Below the pieces are notes generated by a model. The model had not been told where the DNA came from. It did not search any database and saw only the letters and a program-made list of their open reading frames with translations. Below are positions 1-12,600 of a stretch of DNA of 64,000 nucleotides, piece after piece. The translations under genes and the position numbers were made by a program. The number at the start of each line of letters is the position of its first letter. Within the stretch, counting starts at the first letter, position 1. The DNA comes from Callorhinchus milii (Eukaryota), in the NCBI RefSeq assembly GCF_018977255.1, contig NW_024704743.1:1-64000 (forward strand), read 5' to 3'.

Positions 1-3000
1 CCCCCACCCCCCCCTTTACACCTGCCCTCACTCACCTCTCAAACGCCCCTATGTCAGTCGCTGTCTCTCCTCAGATCTCTACCTCGTCCCCTCCTGAAAG
101 CTTAACCCGACTTCTGCGTCGACCGCCACTCCCGGCAGCACATTGCGCCTCCTAACCACTCTCCGTGTCAATAAAATCCTCCCGAGACCCTCTTCACGTG
201 CGGTTCTCCGGCCGCTTGTCCAGCTAGGACCCCCCCCCTCCCCGTTTTGGCTGTGGGGTTAACGGAGCTGAGGGGGAGGATTCCCTGACCCCAGTGACTG
301 GTCGGCCCTCCAGGTCCTGCCGATGGATGAGCCGGGGCCGGGCTGGGCGGCCATCAGCCGTGAGTGCCCTGGGACACTGCGGCCCCTCCTGGCTCAGGAA
401 CCGGGGACCAGAGACCGGCACCGAGGGGGAGTGGGGGCTCGATACCCACATTCCATTGCAAGACATGTCATCTCGGGGCTCCGAGATGACCCCACTTCCC
501 CCATACCCCCACCCCTTCCCCCTACCCCCAATGGAGGACAGTCACCAGTTGGGTCATCTGACATCCGACAAGTGAGGTACCAGGAACTCCCTTCGAGCTT
601 CCCGGGAGCGCGTTCGGTCATACAACCCCTTCGTGTGGGGTAACGTCTCTGAGCACTTCAGGGGTCGCGGAAAGGAGGGCATTGAACTGGAGTCAGTAAC
701 TCGTGGGCTATAAGTGAGGGACGGGAGTCCTCACTGGAGAGAACTCGAGCCCCAAAGTCATAATAAATAATCTTACACCATCTCCCTCTCACCCCCTTCT
801 CACGTTCCCCCCCCACCCGAACACCCCACCACCTCTCTCTCTCTCTCTCTCTCTTCGCACCGTTTCTTTTCCAATTCCAACTCGGACATTCCAGACTCAG
901 AATCGTCTCGCAGGCTAAGACCAGGTGGAACTCCGGGCCTCGGGTGCCTTCGGGACACCCTCCTGACGTGAAAGGTGCTGCTGCGTAAATGTCGACTGCG
1001 GTCGCCGTTGAATCGGTCGGGTCCGAAGTGCGATCTTAAGAGCGAGAGCCCAGAATCCCAATTCATCCCCCAGCCGTCGACACTGTCACCCTCGCTCAGT
1101 CCATCAGTGAGATCTGAATGGTTTATGTTCCGTGCAAAGCCTTCTCTTTTTTTGGGGGGGCGGGGGTGTGTGGTGGTGGGGGTTGGGGTGAGTGGGGGGA
1201 AAGGAGGGAGGAAGTTAGAAGGCTTCAGGGTGCCCACAAACGTCCTGTTACCCCCCCCCCAACACCCGTCACGGAACAAGTCTCCGTAATTCTGAACGCA
1301 ATCAAATACGCGGTGACCAAAAAAAAAAAAGTCCTGATCATGATAATCCCGGCCTTTTTGACACAGCGCCTCCTCGCGTCTTCGAGACGTCTCAAAGCGC
1401 TTCGCAGGGTATACCGTCGCGTGTAGTGACTGCGTGATGATTTGCGACACAATGTCTCATCCGTCCGTATCCGGCGATGGTGATTTTTTTTTTCTTTTTT
1501 AAAAGAGAATCGGGGAGATATCACGGTCCCTTCGGTCAAACACCTCCCCCCCCCCCCCACCCAACCCCCGCCGGACACTTGGCAATGAATGAAGTCCTTC
1601 GAAATACAATCATCGTTGATTCCGCACGTTCAGAGTCGTGGGGGAGAGAGAGAGAGAGAGAGAAAACGGCGGGGAGGTGGCGGGGGTGGGGTTGAGGGGT
1701 TAACCAAACATTGTGGACGGACACCCTGTAGGTCATGTTCAAAGCCTTCTTTTTCGGGATGGGTGGGTGGAGGAAGGCAGGTTTCCCCCATGACACCCGC
1801 CACGTACCCTCGTTGGGGAGGAGTGTGTGTGTGTGTGTGTGTCTGTGTTGGGGGGGGGGGGGGGGGTGTTTGTCTTGCTGTAGCTTTGGCTCAAACTTTA
1901 CAGGTGTAGATCTCCTCTCGCTGTGTGCACTGCTTACACTCCACGTAGCAGCACCAACGCACCTGGCACTGACAGGCCCGGGTGACCACACGACTCTGGG
2001 TGTTGTGTCCGCGGCCACAGCAGATGCTGCCGCAGTTCTTGTCCTTGTAGCACTTGCGGGCAGCCGTGCCGGGGGAGTACTTGTTGGGGCGGCAGAAGCT
2101 GGGGGAGTCATCGATGTGGACCAGGTCGATGGTCCTGGGTATGTGGCTGTGCTGCAGGGCGGTGGCCGTGGCCGTGGCCTTCCTGGAGGCCACCATCTCG
2201 CCCTCTCCGTGGCCTCGTTTCTGGCGCTGCCGATCTTCAGCGAGCCCTCGTACTTGTGCTTCAGGAGCTTGCCGATCTCGTGGAAGGGCAGGAGCTGCCG
2301 CCAACAGGTACGGACGGTGCAGGAGCCGGACACACCGTGACACTTACAGGTGGTCTCGACACCGGACTTGATGACCTGCGAGAGAGAGAGAGAGCGAGAG
2401 AGAGAGAGAGAGTGAGTGAGTCACCCACCTACGGAGTAGCCGAGGACCTTAAACCCTCTGGTCCCTCACACAGCGTGCAACCGCTCGCTCGCTCGTTCAC
2501 TCACTCACTCACTCACTCACTCACTCACTCACTCGACAACAACAACAACAGGCGTGGCAAGGGAGGGGGCGGGCGTGGGGGGGGAGCGGTCGAGGCAGAG
2601 GGACTGTGGGTGGGGGCAGAGAGAGGCTGAAGGAATGAGTGATGACGGTGGGGACGGGACGGGACGGGCCAGAGGGGACAAGGTGTGGGGTGGGGGGTGG
2701 GGGAGTGGGGAGTGTGGTGGGTGGGTTGAGACAGAGAGTTCAAGAGATTTGGGCATAATGGCTGAGTTATCAGATGATTTAACTAGTTATTAATAATACC
2801 TACCGTTAATAACTAACGGTATTATTAATTAACGCGGTTACAAATTAATAGGAACGGTTCATATGAATATAACTAACGCCCACAACCAGGTATTAATTAC
2901 AATTAACGTCAATGAGTAACAGTGGCAATAAATGATTATTATTAATCATTAATATTGCAAATAATAACCTGATGTCTTGGATGACGCCCCTCACGTCTCG

Positions 3001-3230
3001 GGAGGACAATTCAAAGCTCCTCGCGAGACTGAACTGAACCGGGAGTGCGAGTGACGTTTCATCCGAAAGGACTCTCGACAATTTGGGGCTCTCTCCCCCC
3101 CCTCACACCCCCCCACCCCCCTATCACCCCAGTCCTCGCCGGGCTCCACTGGCTCCCTGTCTCGCACATGTTTTCAAACCCTTTCGCGCCCTGGCACCCC
3201 CCCACACCCCCCCCCCCCCAACCCAACTCC
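1..3230. repeat. Left arm of a long inverted duplication (runs off the window start); reverse complement of 9634-12879
   Basis: Direct comparison: nt 15-20 TTTACA pairs with 12860-12865. ORFs recur in mirror image (800..1450- / 11425..12077+, 2893..3081- / 9658..9975+). Differences are mostly homopolymer/microsatellite lengths. Confidence 0.97.
1891..2375 (-). pseudogene. wnt9a: wnt9a last coding exon, left copy, 1-nt deletion frameshift at ~2207-2208
   Basis: Acceptor ctctcgcAG at 2377-2376, then [19 protein letters not shown]. Length is 485 nt versus 486 nt for the right copy (GCCACGGAGAG vs GCCACGGGAGAG). The ORF track splits it over two frames (1536..2333 and 1891..2343). Confidence 0.85.
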
Positions 3231-4109
3231 AACACCCGTTGCCTCCGTTCCACCGCTTTCAGCCCCGACCCCCACACAGAAACTCTTGGAACGCTCTCCC
3301 TCCATCCCTCTCTCCGCCTCGCCCCCCCCAACCCTTCCTGCCCCACCACCTTCAGGTCGGGCCCGAAGACCTTTCTCGGGGACCCTAACCTGCGTGAGGG
3401 GCTCAAGTGCTTGCGAGCGCGAGCGCCTGAGCGCTTGAGCACTCAAGCGCGTGAGCCGCGGCTGCCCCCGAAATACCTGTCAGGATGACGGAACCAGGAG
3501 CGGAGCCGACACGTGTGTCCCCCCCCCGCCCCCCCACCCCACTCCCGCCACCTGGGCTCAGATCAGGGCAGCAATCCAACCCCATGTTCATACAGGAAAA
3601 ATCTCCCGCTGCCAACCGCAGCTCCTTCCCCACGGGAAGTAAACAGATTTGGCGACGTCAGTATGAGTTCCTCTCTAGGTGTGATTATACGCAGCCACGC
3701 ACATCATAATCTGGCCCGAGCTGCAGGAAATCATACGCTGGTTTGTGGCAGTCGGCAAGTGTTTCTAACCCCCGTGCGTGTGGACAGGCGGCGCAGTGTC
3801 GGGGGGAGCTTCACTCTGCCTCTAACCCCCGAACCTGGGAGCGTGGACGGACGCACGGTGTGGAGGGAGCTTTACTCCCGTCTCTCACGCTCCCTTCTCT
3901 TTCCAGACAGTCCACCTGAACAGGCAGACGAGGCTCCTGTTTAACATCGCACCCGAAGGACGGCGCCTTCGACATTGCGGGACCGCTCGCACCCGCCCCC
4001 CCCCCCTCCCTCCCACCCCCCACCCCCCAACTCTGCACTGGAGCATCCGCTTAGACTATGAGCTCAAAGTCCTGCTTTGGGGCTTGAACCAATTAACCTT
4101 GTGAGCCTG

Positions 4110-4144
<35 letters not shown>

Positions 4145-4454
4145 GCGAGCCAGGCTGAGAGCAGTGTGTTTACTTGTCCCCAAGGCGTAGAAACGGAGAG
4201 AGAGAGAGCGAGAGAGCGAGAGCGAGAGAAAGACTAAAAAAGAGAGCGAAGGAGAGAAGAGAGCGAGACGGAGAGAGAGAGGGGAGAGAGAGAGAGAGAG
4301 AGAGAGAGAGTAGGTGAAAGGAAATTAGTTTGAGCGGTGAATGTAATGGAGACCTGAAGTCATGAATCACCTCATTCTCACGCTGGACCAGCCGGGCCGG
4401 CAATGACAACACAGCCTGTTAACCAGAATGCGGTCATTGACCGGGCAAAGCTGT

Positions 4455-4541
4455 GCACACTCACTCCCGCTCGCCTCGGAGACAGGAGGTTCGTGGGTTC
4501 GAGCCCCCCGAACGTCTGAGCTCACAGTCCAGGCTGACGGG

Positions 4542-4574
<33 letters not shown>

Positions 4575-4930
4575 TGCGTGTGCGAGAGAGAGAGAGAGAG
4601 AGAGACGCACTGTCAGAGACTCCGTCCTTCAGATGAGACGTTAAACCTCACTCACGCGCTCCCCGTCTGTGCCCTGTTTCAGGCAGACGTTAAAGACCAC
4701 CCACCGCGCTGTTGTGGGGGTGGGGGGGGGGGGGGGGGTGGGGTGGAAAAGAGAAGGTAGTTTCGCTCTCTCTCTCTTTTTCTCTCTCTCTCTCTCTCTC
4801 TATCGGTTCCCTGGGCCGCAATCCCCCAAATAACACCGAAGCCGTTTGTAGGGAATTTCTTTGCTCGCAAATTGGTGCTGTTTTTTGCCTACGGAATACA
4901 CAGTCACTACACTTTACGGTAAGATCTTGG
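4455..4930 (+). mobile_element. Deu-domain SINE family B (SacSINE1/AmnSINE-like). Other copies at about 3930-4100-, 13140-13310+, 16580-16810-, 20990-21190-, 32035-32270+, 46200-46370-, 54040-54295-
   Basis: GTGGGTTCGAGCCCC...CTGAGCTCACAGTCCAGGCTGAC...GCACTGTCAGAGAC.CCGTCCTTC.GATGAGACGTTAAACC...CAGGC.GACGTTAAAGA resembles the Deu domain as I recall it. Confidence 0.75.
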
Positions 4931-5695
4931 GAAGGTCACGGGTCCCACCCCAGAATGATCTGGGGGCGTATTAAAAATAATAATAATAATAATCCTTGCG
5001 TTTGATACAGCGCCTTATCACGTTCTCGAGGCGTCTCAAAGCGCTTCACGGGATATACTGTAAAGTGTAGTGACTGTGTATTTTGTTTCGCGGGCGTCCC
5101 ACAAACAGTCGTGGATGGAGTGACCAATCTGTTCCCTTCCTCCCAAATTAATATTAATAATATAATAAGAAGAACCCTTGCATTTGGTATTGCACCTCAT
5201 CGCATCGTTGAAGGGTCTCAAAGCGCTTCACAGGATTCAACAACAACAAGTTGCATTTACGTAGCCTCCTTCGCGCCGGGAGGACACCGTAAAGTGTAGT
5301 GACTGCGGGTTTTGCGGGCGAACTGCGGCAGGCAGTTCGCACACCGCCACGTCACCGCAAACAGCCGTGAAGTGGGCCAGCGATTCGATCCGGGGGGACT
5401 TGCGTGCGATTGGCTGCGATTTGTTTGGCCCGCAAAACACACAGTCACTACGCTGTGCAGCGTAGCCTGCAAAGCGCTCTGAGACGTCTCGAAGACGTGA
5501 TAAGTTGATAAGTCTGGCGTAGTGGGGAGGGAAGGGGTGGGAGCGCGAGTGAGGTGGCGGTGGGAGGGCGGCGGGGGCGGCGGGGGGTGGTGGGGGGGGA
5601 GTGAGCGCTAAGCCAGGAGTGGGAGAGAGGAGAGGCACGAGCGAGCGGGCGAGCGAGCGAGTGAGCGAGCGTCAGCGAAGGAAGCACTTGCTCTC

Positions 5696-5729
<34 letters not shown>

Positions 5730-6144
5730 GGTGATGACGTACTGAGATTGTAACACAAGGCAAAGGCAGAATGAGTCAGGAATGTTATTCCTCCCGACAG
5801 ATGTGTGAGGATGAAAAATGAAGGCAGAGAGCGAAGGGGGCTCACTTGGGAAGCACTTTACAGGCTGCTCAGTGTTTGAGAGCCTCTGCGAGACCCGCAG
5901 CCTTTTGGCCGGCAACCCAACTCCACGTCAGGCCTCTCGCCCGGACCTTATGCTAAGCCTCTGCTTGGCTCCAACCCTCGCGCTCTCGCCTCTGGGCTAG
6001 AAGGTCACACACACACACACACACACCCTCACCCACTGAGCGCTCACGGTCCAGGCTGACGCACCAGCGCAGAGCTGGGGGGGGGGGAGGTGGGGTGTGT
6101 GGGTGGGGCGGCGGCGGGGGGTGGGGGGTGAGACAGAGACAGAG

Positions 6145-6176
<32 letters not shown>

Positions 6177-6260
6177 CAGGGGAATGGGGTTAGAGTAGAG
6201 AGCTCCAGTGTAATGGGGTGTGGGGGGGGGGAGAGCGAGCACCAGCGCAAACACGATGGG

Positions 6261-6294
<34 letters not shown>

Positions 6295-6558
6295 GAGAGT
6301 AGGGGAATAGGGAAATCTCGGAGCTGTGGCTTTTCTGCTGCGGAGAACAATTCCTGTCTGCAGTCGTGGGTTTTATTAGAGACAGATGCACACTCCGCTC
6401 ATCTGGAGCCCAAACCCTTCTGGGGATCAAGGCTTCCCTGATCCAATGCAATAATAATAATAATAATCATCGCAGCCCCGACAGAAACTGCGGCAAAATG
6501 GCTTCTCGAGACCGTGGCCGTTTGGGCGGGATCTGGCGGGGCGGCAAAACGGCGGCAG

Positions 6559-6592
<34 letters not shown>

Positions 6593-6841
6593 CAACGACA
6601 ACAACAACAGTAACAATAACCGTCCTTGGGCTTGACCCGGCGCCTCTCGGCGTCTCGAAGCGCTCCGCGGGAGATACCGTGAAGCGTGGTGACTTGGGTA
6701 TTTTGCGTGGGCGGAACGCGGCGGCCAAGGTCTCGAAGGGTCGGGGTGCGTGGGGTGGGGGGGGGGGGGGGTGGGCAAGGAGGGAGCGAGGCCAAGAGAT
6801 GGAGAGGGAGAGCGAGAGAGAGAGACGGGGAGAAAAGGTAC

Positions 6842-7107
6842 CTTGATGCCCACGTTGGTGTTGTGAAGGTCCACTCGGGCTCTCAGGTCCTTGTTGGACT
6901 TCTTCTGGCCGATGAACTCCTTGACGAACTTGTTGCTGTACCGGAGGTTGTCTCCGCAGCCCCCCCACTGCCAGGCCTCGCGGTTCTCCAGATCCGGAGC
7001 CTCGTCGCACGTGCAGCGTTCCATACGCCCGGCGCTGCAGGCCTTGGCCACCGCGTGCGTCAGCCCGGCCGAGGAGATAGCGTAGAGGAACGCTGTCTCT
7101 TTAAAAC
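6842..7107 (-). CDS. wnt9a: Wnt-9a exon 3 (266 nt, phase 1 to 0)
   Basis: AG at 7109-7108, GT at 6841-6840. Encodes (G)[53 protein letters not shown]...[11 protein letters not shown], typical of Wnt9a. Confidence 0.96.
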
Positions 7108-8584
7108 CTGAGGGTGAGGCGAAAAAATCGTCATCGTCGTCGTCGTCGTCGTAACGGTAAAACTCACGTAAGTCCAATCAGTGTAAATCATACAATCGCC
7201 TAAGACTTTCAGGGTGGTCCAATTGGCGGCCCATGGGCCGCATCCGGCCCCCCAAACCCACCGACGTGAGGACGTCAGGGATTTGGACCCGAGCTGGGGG
7301 TCGCGATCAGGAGGGGGTGGAGGGTGGTGGGTGGGGGGGGGTGTGGGGGTGGGTAGGAGGGCGTCCGAGGATGCGTGGGATGGAGTTCCAAAGGGCGGGA
7401 GCAGAGAGGCTGAAGGGTGGGGAGGGCCGGGCGGGGGAAGGTGGAGCAAGCCTGAACGGAGGGCGGGGAGAGGTCTACTTGCAGTCACAGAGGTTGGATG
7501 GAGCAAAGCCATGGAGGGCTTTGAAGGAGACACAAAAATAGCTGCAGCTCAATGAGGCCATTCCCGCCCTCAGCGCCGTCTAAATTATACACCTGTCCAC
7601 CTCCCGTTCGTGAGTTAATAATCCGCACGAGTTGGACGCGACTCGAGACTTTACGTAAGTTGAGACGTCTCAAAGCGCTTCTGGGAAGCGTAGTGACTGT
7701 GTGCTTTGTGGGCGAATCGCGGCAGCCAATCGCGATCATCTTCGCGGCTTCTTTTTTGCGAGACGTCGCTCTGAGCGTTGGCCTCACGAGACACACAGTC
7801 ACTACGCTTTGCCGTACAAATCCTGCGAAGTGCTTTGAGACGCCATCCACCCGGAACCCAATTTCCCTGCTCTTTAATAATAATAATAATAATAATAATA
7901 ATCGTCGGGAGGATGTCTCGAAGCGTTTTACCAGATTTAGTGTGAAGTGTAGTGACTGTGGGTCAAGCTGACGGCCCCACGAACAGCCGTGAAGTGAGCC
8001 GGTCACCTTTATCTGGACTGTGAGCTCAGATTCCCCTAACGTGGGGTTTGAACCCACAACCTCCTCGAATCGTAGACTCTTTCAGCACAGAAGTCCCCTC
8101 GCCTCGCCCCCTCCCACGCCTCGCCCTCTCCCTCGCCTCGCCCCCTCCCTCGCCCTCTCCCTCGCCTCACCCCCTCCCTCGCCTCACCCCCTCCCTCGCC
8201 CCCTCCATCACCTCCTCCAAAGCCCGTCTCAAGACCCTCTTCTTCGACCGCGCCTTCAGCCACCCTCCCCACCCCCCCCCCCCCCCCCACCGAACCCTCC
8301 CGGCCCTCCACCCTCTCCTGAGCCCAGCCCCCAGCCCCAGCCCCCATCCCCCAGCTCGGGGCACATCCCTGACCGTCCGGCGCCCCGGGAGCGTCCTCCC
8401 GACTCTTCCCGAAACGCCCTCAGACAAAGTCCCCGAACCCCTGACGCAAGTGGCCGGTGGGCGGCTTCGCGCCCGCGGGACACCAGCTGTGGCCAAAATG
8501 GCCGCCCTCGCACCACCTTTGAGGGTTTTGAGGCCCGAGGGTGCGGCGCGCGGGCGCGGGCGGGCGCGGGCGGGCGCGACTGAC

Positions 8585-8844
8585 CTCTCTTGAGAAGGTT
8601 GCTGCGGTAACGACCCTCCAGGGTGCAGTTCCACCTCTCGAAGTGGAACTGGTAGCGGCACTCCAGGGCGGACATGCTGATGGCCTCTATGAGGGTCTCG
8701 GCCACCCCGGGGTCCCGCCGACACATGCGTCGCTGTTTCCTCTCCAGCTTCAGCCGGTCGCAGGCCTTGAAGTGCGCCTTGCCCTGCGCCAGACCCGACT
8801 CGTGGCTCAAAGGGGGGATGGTGAGTGGTTCATGACCTGTGAGT
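8585..8844 (-). CDS. wnt9a: Wnt-9a exon 2 (260 nt, phase 2 to 1)
   Basis: AG at 8846-8845, GT at 8584-8583. Encodes [12 protein letters not shown]...[71 protein letters not shown] is the Wnt9a rather than Wnt9b form. Confidence 0.96.
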
Positions 8845-9633
8845 CTGAGAGAGAAGCACCGGGGAGGGGGACGGGGTCGGGGGACGGGACGGGGGGGGGG
8901 GGGGGAACGGGGTTATCAGGGCGGTCACACAATTCCCTGCACCCACGATCGACCCGCAATCCCTGACCTTCCCCACCTGCCCCTCTATTTGCCCGGCGGT
9001 CAGTAGGGACCCGGTTAAGTCGGTTGGTGGGGGGTGGGAGGTGCGGGGGTGGGGGGGGTAACTGCCGCCTTTGGCCCACAAAACACCCCCCCCCATCCCC
9101 ACCCCCACCCCCCCCCACCCCACCCCAGCGATGTATTGGAGCGACAGCTGAATCCTGAGATGGGGGTTTTGAACCCACAACCTTCTGACTCACATTATTA
9201 TTATTATTTTTATTAACATTATTATGACCGTCATAAGGAAAACTTGCCTAAGGTTTCGCCCGGGTCCTCTCACTTCCCAGGCGGGCGCTCTTAACCACTG
9301 CGCTTACGGGGGGGACTCCTTAATACCCCGTAAAGTCCCTCTTTCAGACATATTTTCATTGCATCAAAGACCAGGATTATTTACAATGTTATTTTAAGCC
9401 GTGTGCTAATTATCACGTTGAAACGGTTATGAAACGGCGGGTTTTCCCGCCCCCCCCCCCCACCACCTCCCCCCCCCCCCCCCCCCGCCGCCCCATATTT
9501 CAGGGGGACCTCCTATGAGGGATATCGCTGTGTAAATCTCTGCTTAGCTTCAACTTAGCTGAATTTTCTGGTAACGAAAACAGTGTGTATTTAATTTAAG
9601 GCCGTCTGAAGTTCAGATTTTATTTATTGTTTC

Positions 9634-12600
9634 GGAGTTTGGGATGGGGGGGGGGGGGTGTGGGGGGGGTGCCAGGGCGCGAAAGGGTTTGAAAACATGT
9701 GCGAGACAGGGAGCCAGTGGAGCCCGGCGAGGACTGGGGTGATAGGGGGGTGGGGGGGTGTGAGGGGGGGGGGAGAGAGCCCCAAATTGTCGAGAGTCCT
9801 TTCGGATGAAACGTCACTCGCACTCCCGGTTCAGTTCAGTCTCGCGAGGAGCTTTGAATTGTCCTCCCGAGACGTGAGGGGCGTCATCCAAGACATCAGG
9901 TTATTATTTGCAATATTAATGATTAATAATAATCATTTATTGCCACTGTTACTCATTGACGTTAATTGTAATTAATACCTGGTTGTGGGCGTTAGTTATA
10001 TTCATATGAACCGTTCCTATTAATTTGTAACCGCGTTAATTAATAATACCGTTAGTTATTAACGGTAGGTATTATTAATAACTAGTTAAATCATCTGATA
10101 ACTCAGCCATTATGCCCAAATCTCTTGAACTCTCTGTCTCAACCCACCCACCACACTCCCCACTCCCCCCACCCCCCACCCCACACCTTGTCCCCTCTGG
10201 CCCGTCCCGTCCCGTCCCCACCGTCATCACTCATTCCTTCAGCCTCTCTCTGCCCCCACCCACAGTCCCTCTGCCTCGACCGCTCCCCCCCCACGCCCGC
10301 CCCCTCCCTTGCCACGCCTGTTGTTGTTGTTGTCGAGTGAGTGAGTGAGTGAGTGAGTGAACGAGCGAGCGAGCGGTTGCACGCTGTGTGAGGGACCAGA
10401 GGGTTTAAGGTCCTCGGCTACTCCGTAGGTGGGTGACTCACTCACTCTCTCTCTCTCTCTCGCTCTCTCTCTCTCTCGCAGGTCATCAAGTCCGGTGTCG
10501 AGACCACCTGTAAGTGTCACGGTGTGTCCGGCTCCTGCACCGTCCGTACCTGTTGGCGGCAGCTCCTGCCCTTCCACGAGATCGGCAAGCTCCTGAAGCA
10601 CAAGTACGAGGGCTCGCTGAAGATCGGCAGCGCCAGAAACGAGGCCACGGGAGAGGGCGAGATGGTGGCCTCCAGGAAGGCCACGGCCACGGCCACCGCC
10701 CTGCAGCACAGCCACATACCCAGGACCATCGACCTGGTCCACATCGATGACTCCCCCAGCTTCTGCCGCCCCAACAAGTACTCCCCCGGCACGGCTGCCC
10801 GCAAGTGCTACAAGGACAAGAACTGCGGCAGCATCTGCTGTGGCCGCGGACACAACACCCAGAGTCGTGTGGTCACCCGGGCCTGTCAGTGCCAGGTGCG
10901 TTGGTGCTGCTACGTGGAGTGTAAGCAGTGCACACAGCGAGAGGAGATCTACACCTGTAAAGTTTGAGCCAAAGCTACAGCAAGACAAACACCCCCCCAC
11001 TCCCCCCCCCCCCAACACAGACACACACACACACACACACTCCCTCCCCAACGAGGGTACGTGGCGGGTGTCATGGGGGAAACCTGCCTTCCTCCACCCA
11101 CCCATCCCGAAAAAGAAGGCTTTGAACATGACCTACAGGGTGTCCGTCCACAATGTTTGGTTAACCCCTCAACCCCACCCCCGCCACCTCCCCGCCGTTT
11201 TCTCTCTCTCTCTCTCTCTCTCCCCCCCACGACTCTGAACGTGCGGAATCAACGATGATTGTATTTCGAAGGACTTCATTCATTGCCAAGTGTCCGGCGG
11301 GGGGTTGGGGTGGGGGGGGGGGGCGGGGAGGTGTTTGACCGAAGGGACCGTGATATCTCCCCGATTCTCTTTTAAAACAAGAAAAAAAAAATCACCATCG
11401 CCGGATACGGACGGATGAGACATTGTGTCGCAAATCATCACGCAGTCACTACACGCGACGGTATACCCTGCGAAGCGCTTTGAGACGTCTCGAAGACGCG
11501 AGGAGGCGCTGTGTCAAAAAGGCCGGGATTATCATGATCAGGACTTTTTTTTTTTTGGTCACCGCGTATTTGATTGCGTTCAGAATTACGGAGACTTGTT
11601 CCGTGACGGGTGTTGGGGGGGGGGTAACAGGACGTTTGTGGGCACCCTGAAGCCTTCTAACTTCCTCCCTCCTTTCCCCCCACTCACCCCAACCCCCCAC
11701 CACCACACACCCCCCGCCCCCCCAAAAAAAGAGAAGGCTTTGCACGGAACATAAACCATTCAGATCTCACTGATGGACTGAGCGAGGGTGACAGTGTCGA
11801 CGGCTGGGGGATGAATTGGGATTCTGGGCTCTCGCTCTTAAGATCGCACTTCGGACCCGACCGATTCAACGGCGACCGCAGTCGACATTTACGCAGCAGC
11901 ACCTTTCACGTCAGGAGGGTGTCCCGAAGGCACCCGAGGCCCGGAGTTCCACCTGGTCTTAGCCTGCGAGACGATTCTGAGTCTGGAATGTCCGAGTTGG
12001 AATTGGAAAAGAAACGGTGCGAAGAGAGAGAGAGAGAGAGAGAGGTGGTGGGGTGTTCGGGTGGGGGGGGAACGTGAGAAGGGGGTGAGAGGGAGATGGT
12101 GTAAGATTATTTATTATGACTTTGGGGCTCGAGTTCTCTCCAGTGAGGACTCCCGTCCCTCACTTATAGCCCACGAGTTACTGACTCCAGTTCAATGCCC
12201 TCCTTTCCGCGACCCCTGAAGTGCTCAGAGACGTTACCCCACACGAAGGGGTTGTATGACCGAACGCGCTCCCGGGAAGCTCGAAGGGAGTTCCTGGTAC
12301 CTCACTTGTCGGATGTCAGATGACCCAACTGGTGACTGTCCTCCATTGGGGGTAGGGGGAAGGGGTGGGGGTATGGGGGAAGTGGGGTCATCTCGGAGCC
12401 CCGAGATGACATGTCTTGCAATGGAATGTGGGTATCGAGCCCCCACTCCCCCTCGGTGCCGGTCTCTGGTCCCCGGTTCCTGAGCCAGGAGGGGCCGCAG
12501 TGTCCCAGGGCACTCACGGCTGATGGCCGCCCAGCCCGGCCCCGGCTCATCCATCGGCAGGACCTGGAAGGGCCGACCATTCACTGGGGTCAGGGAATCC

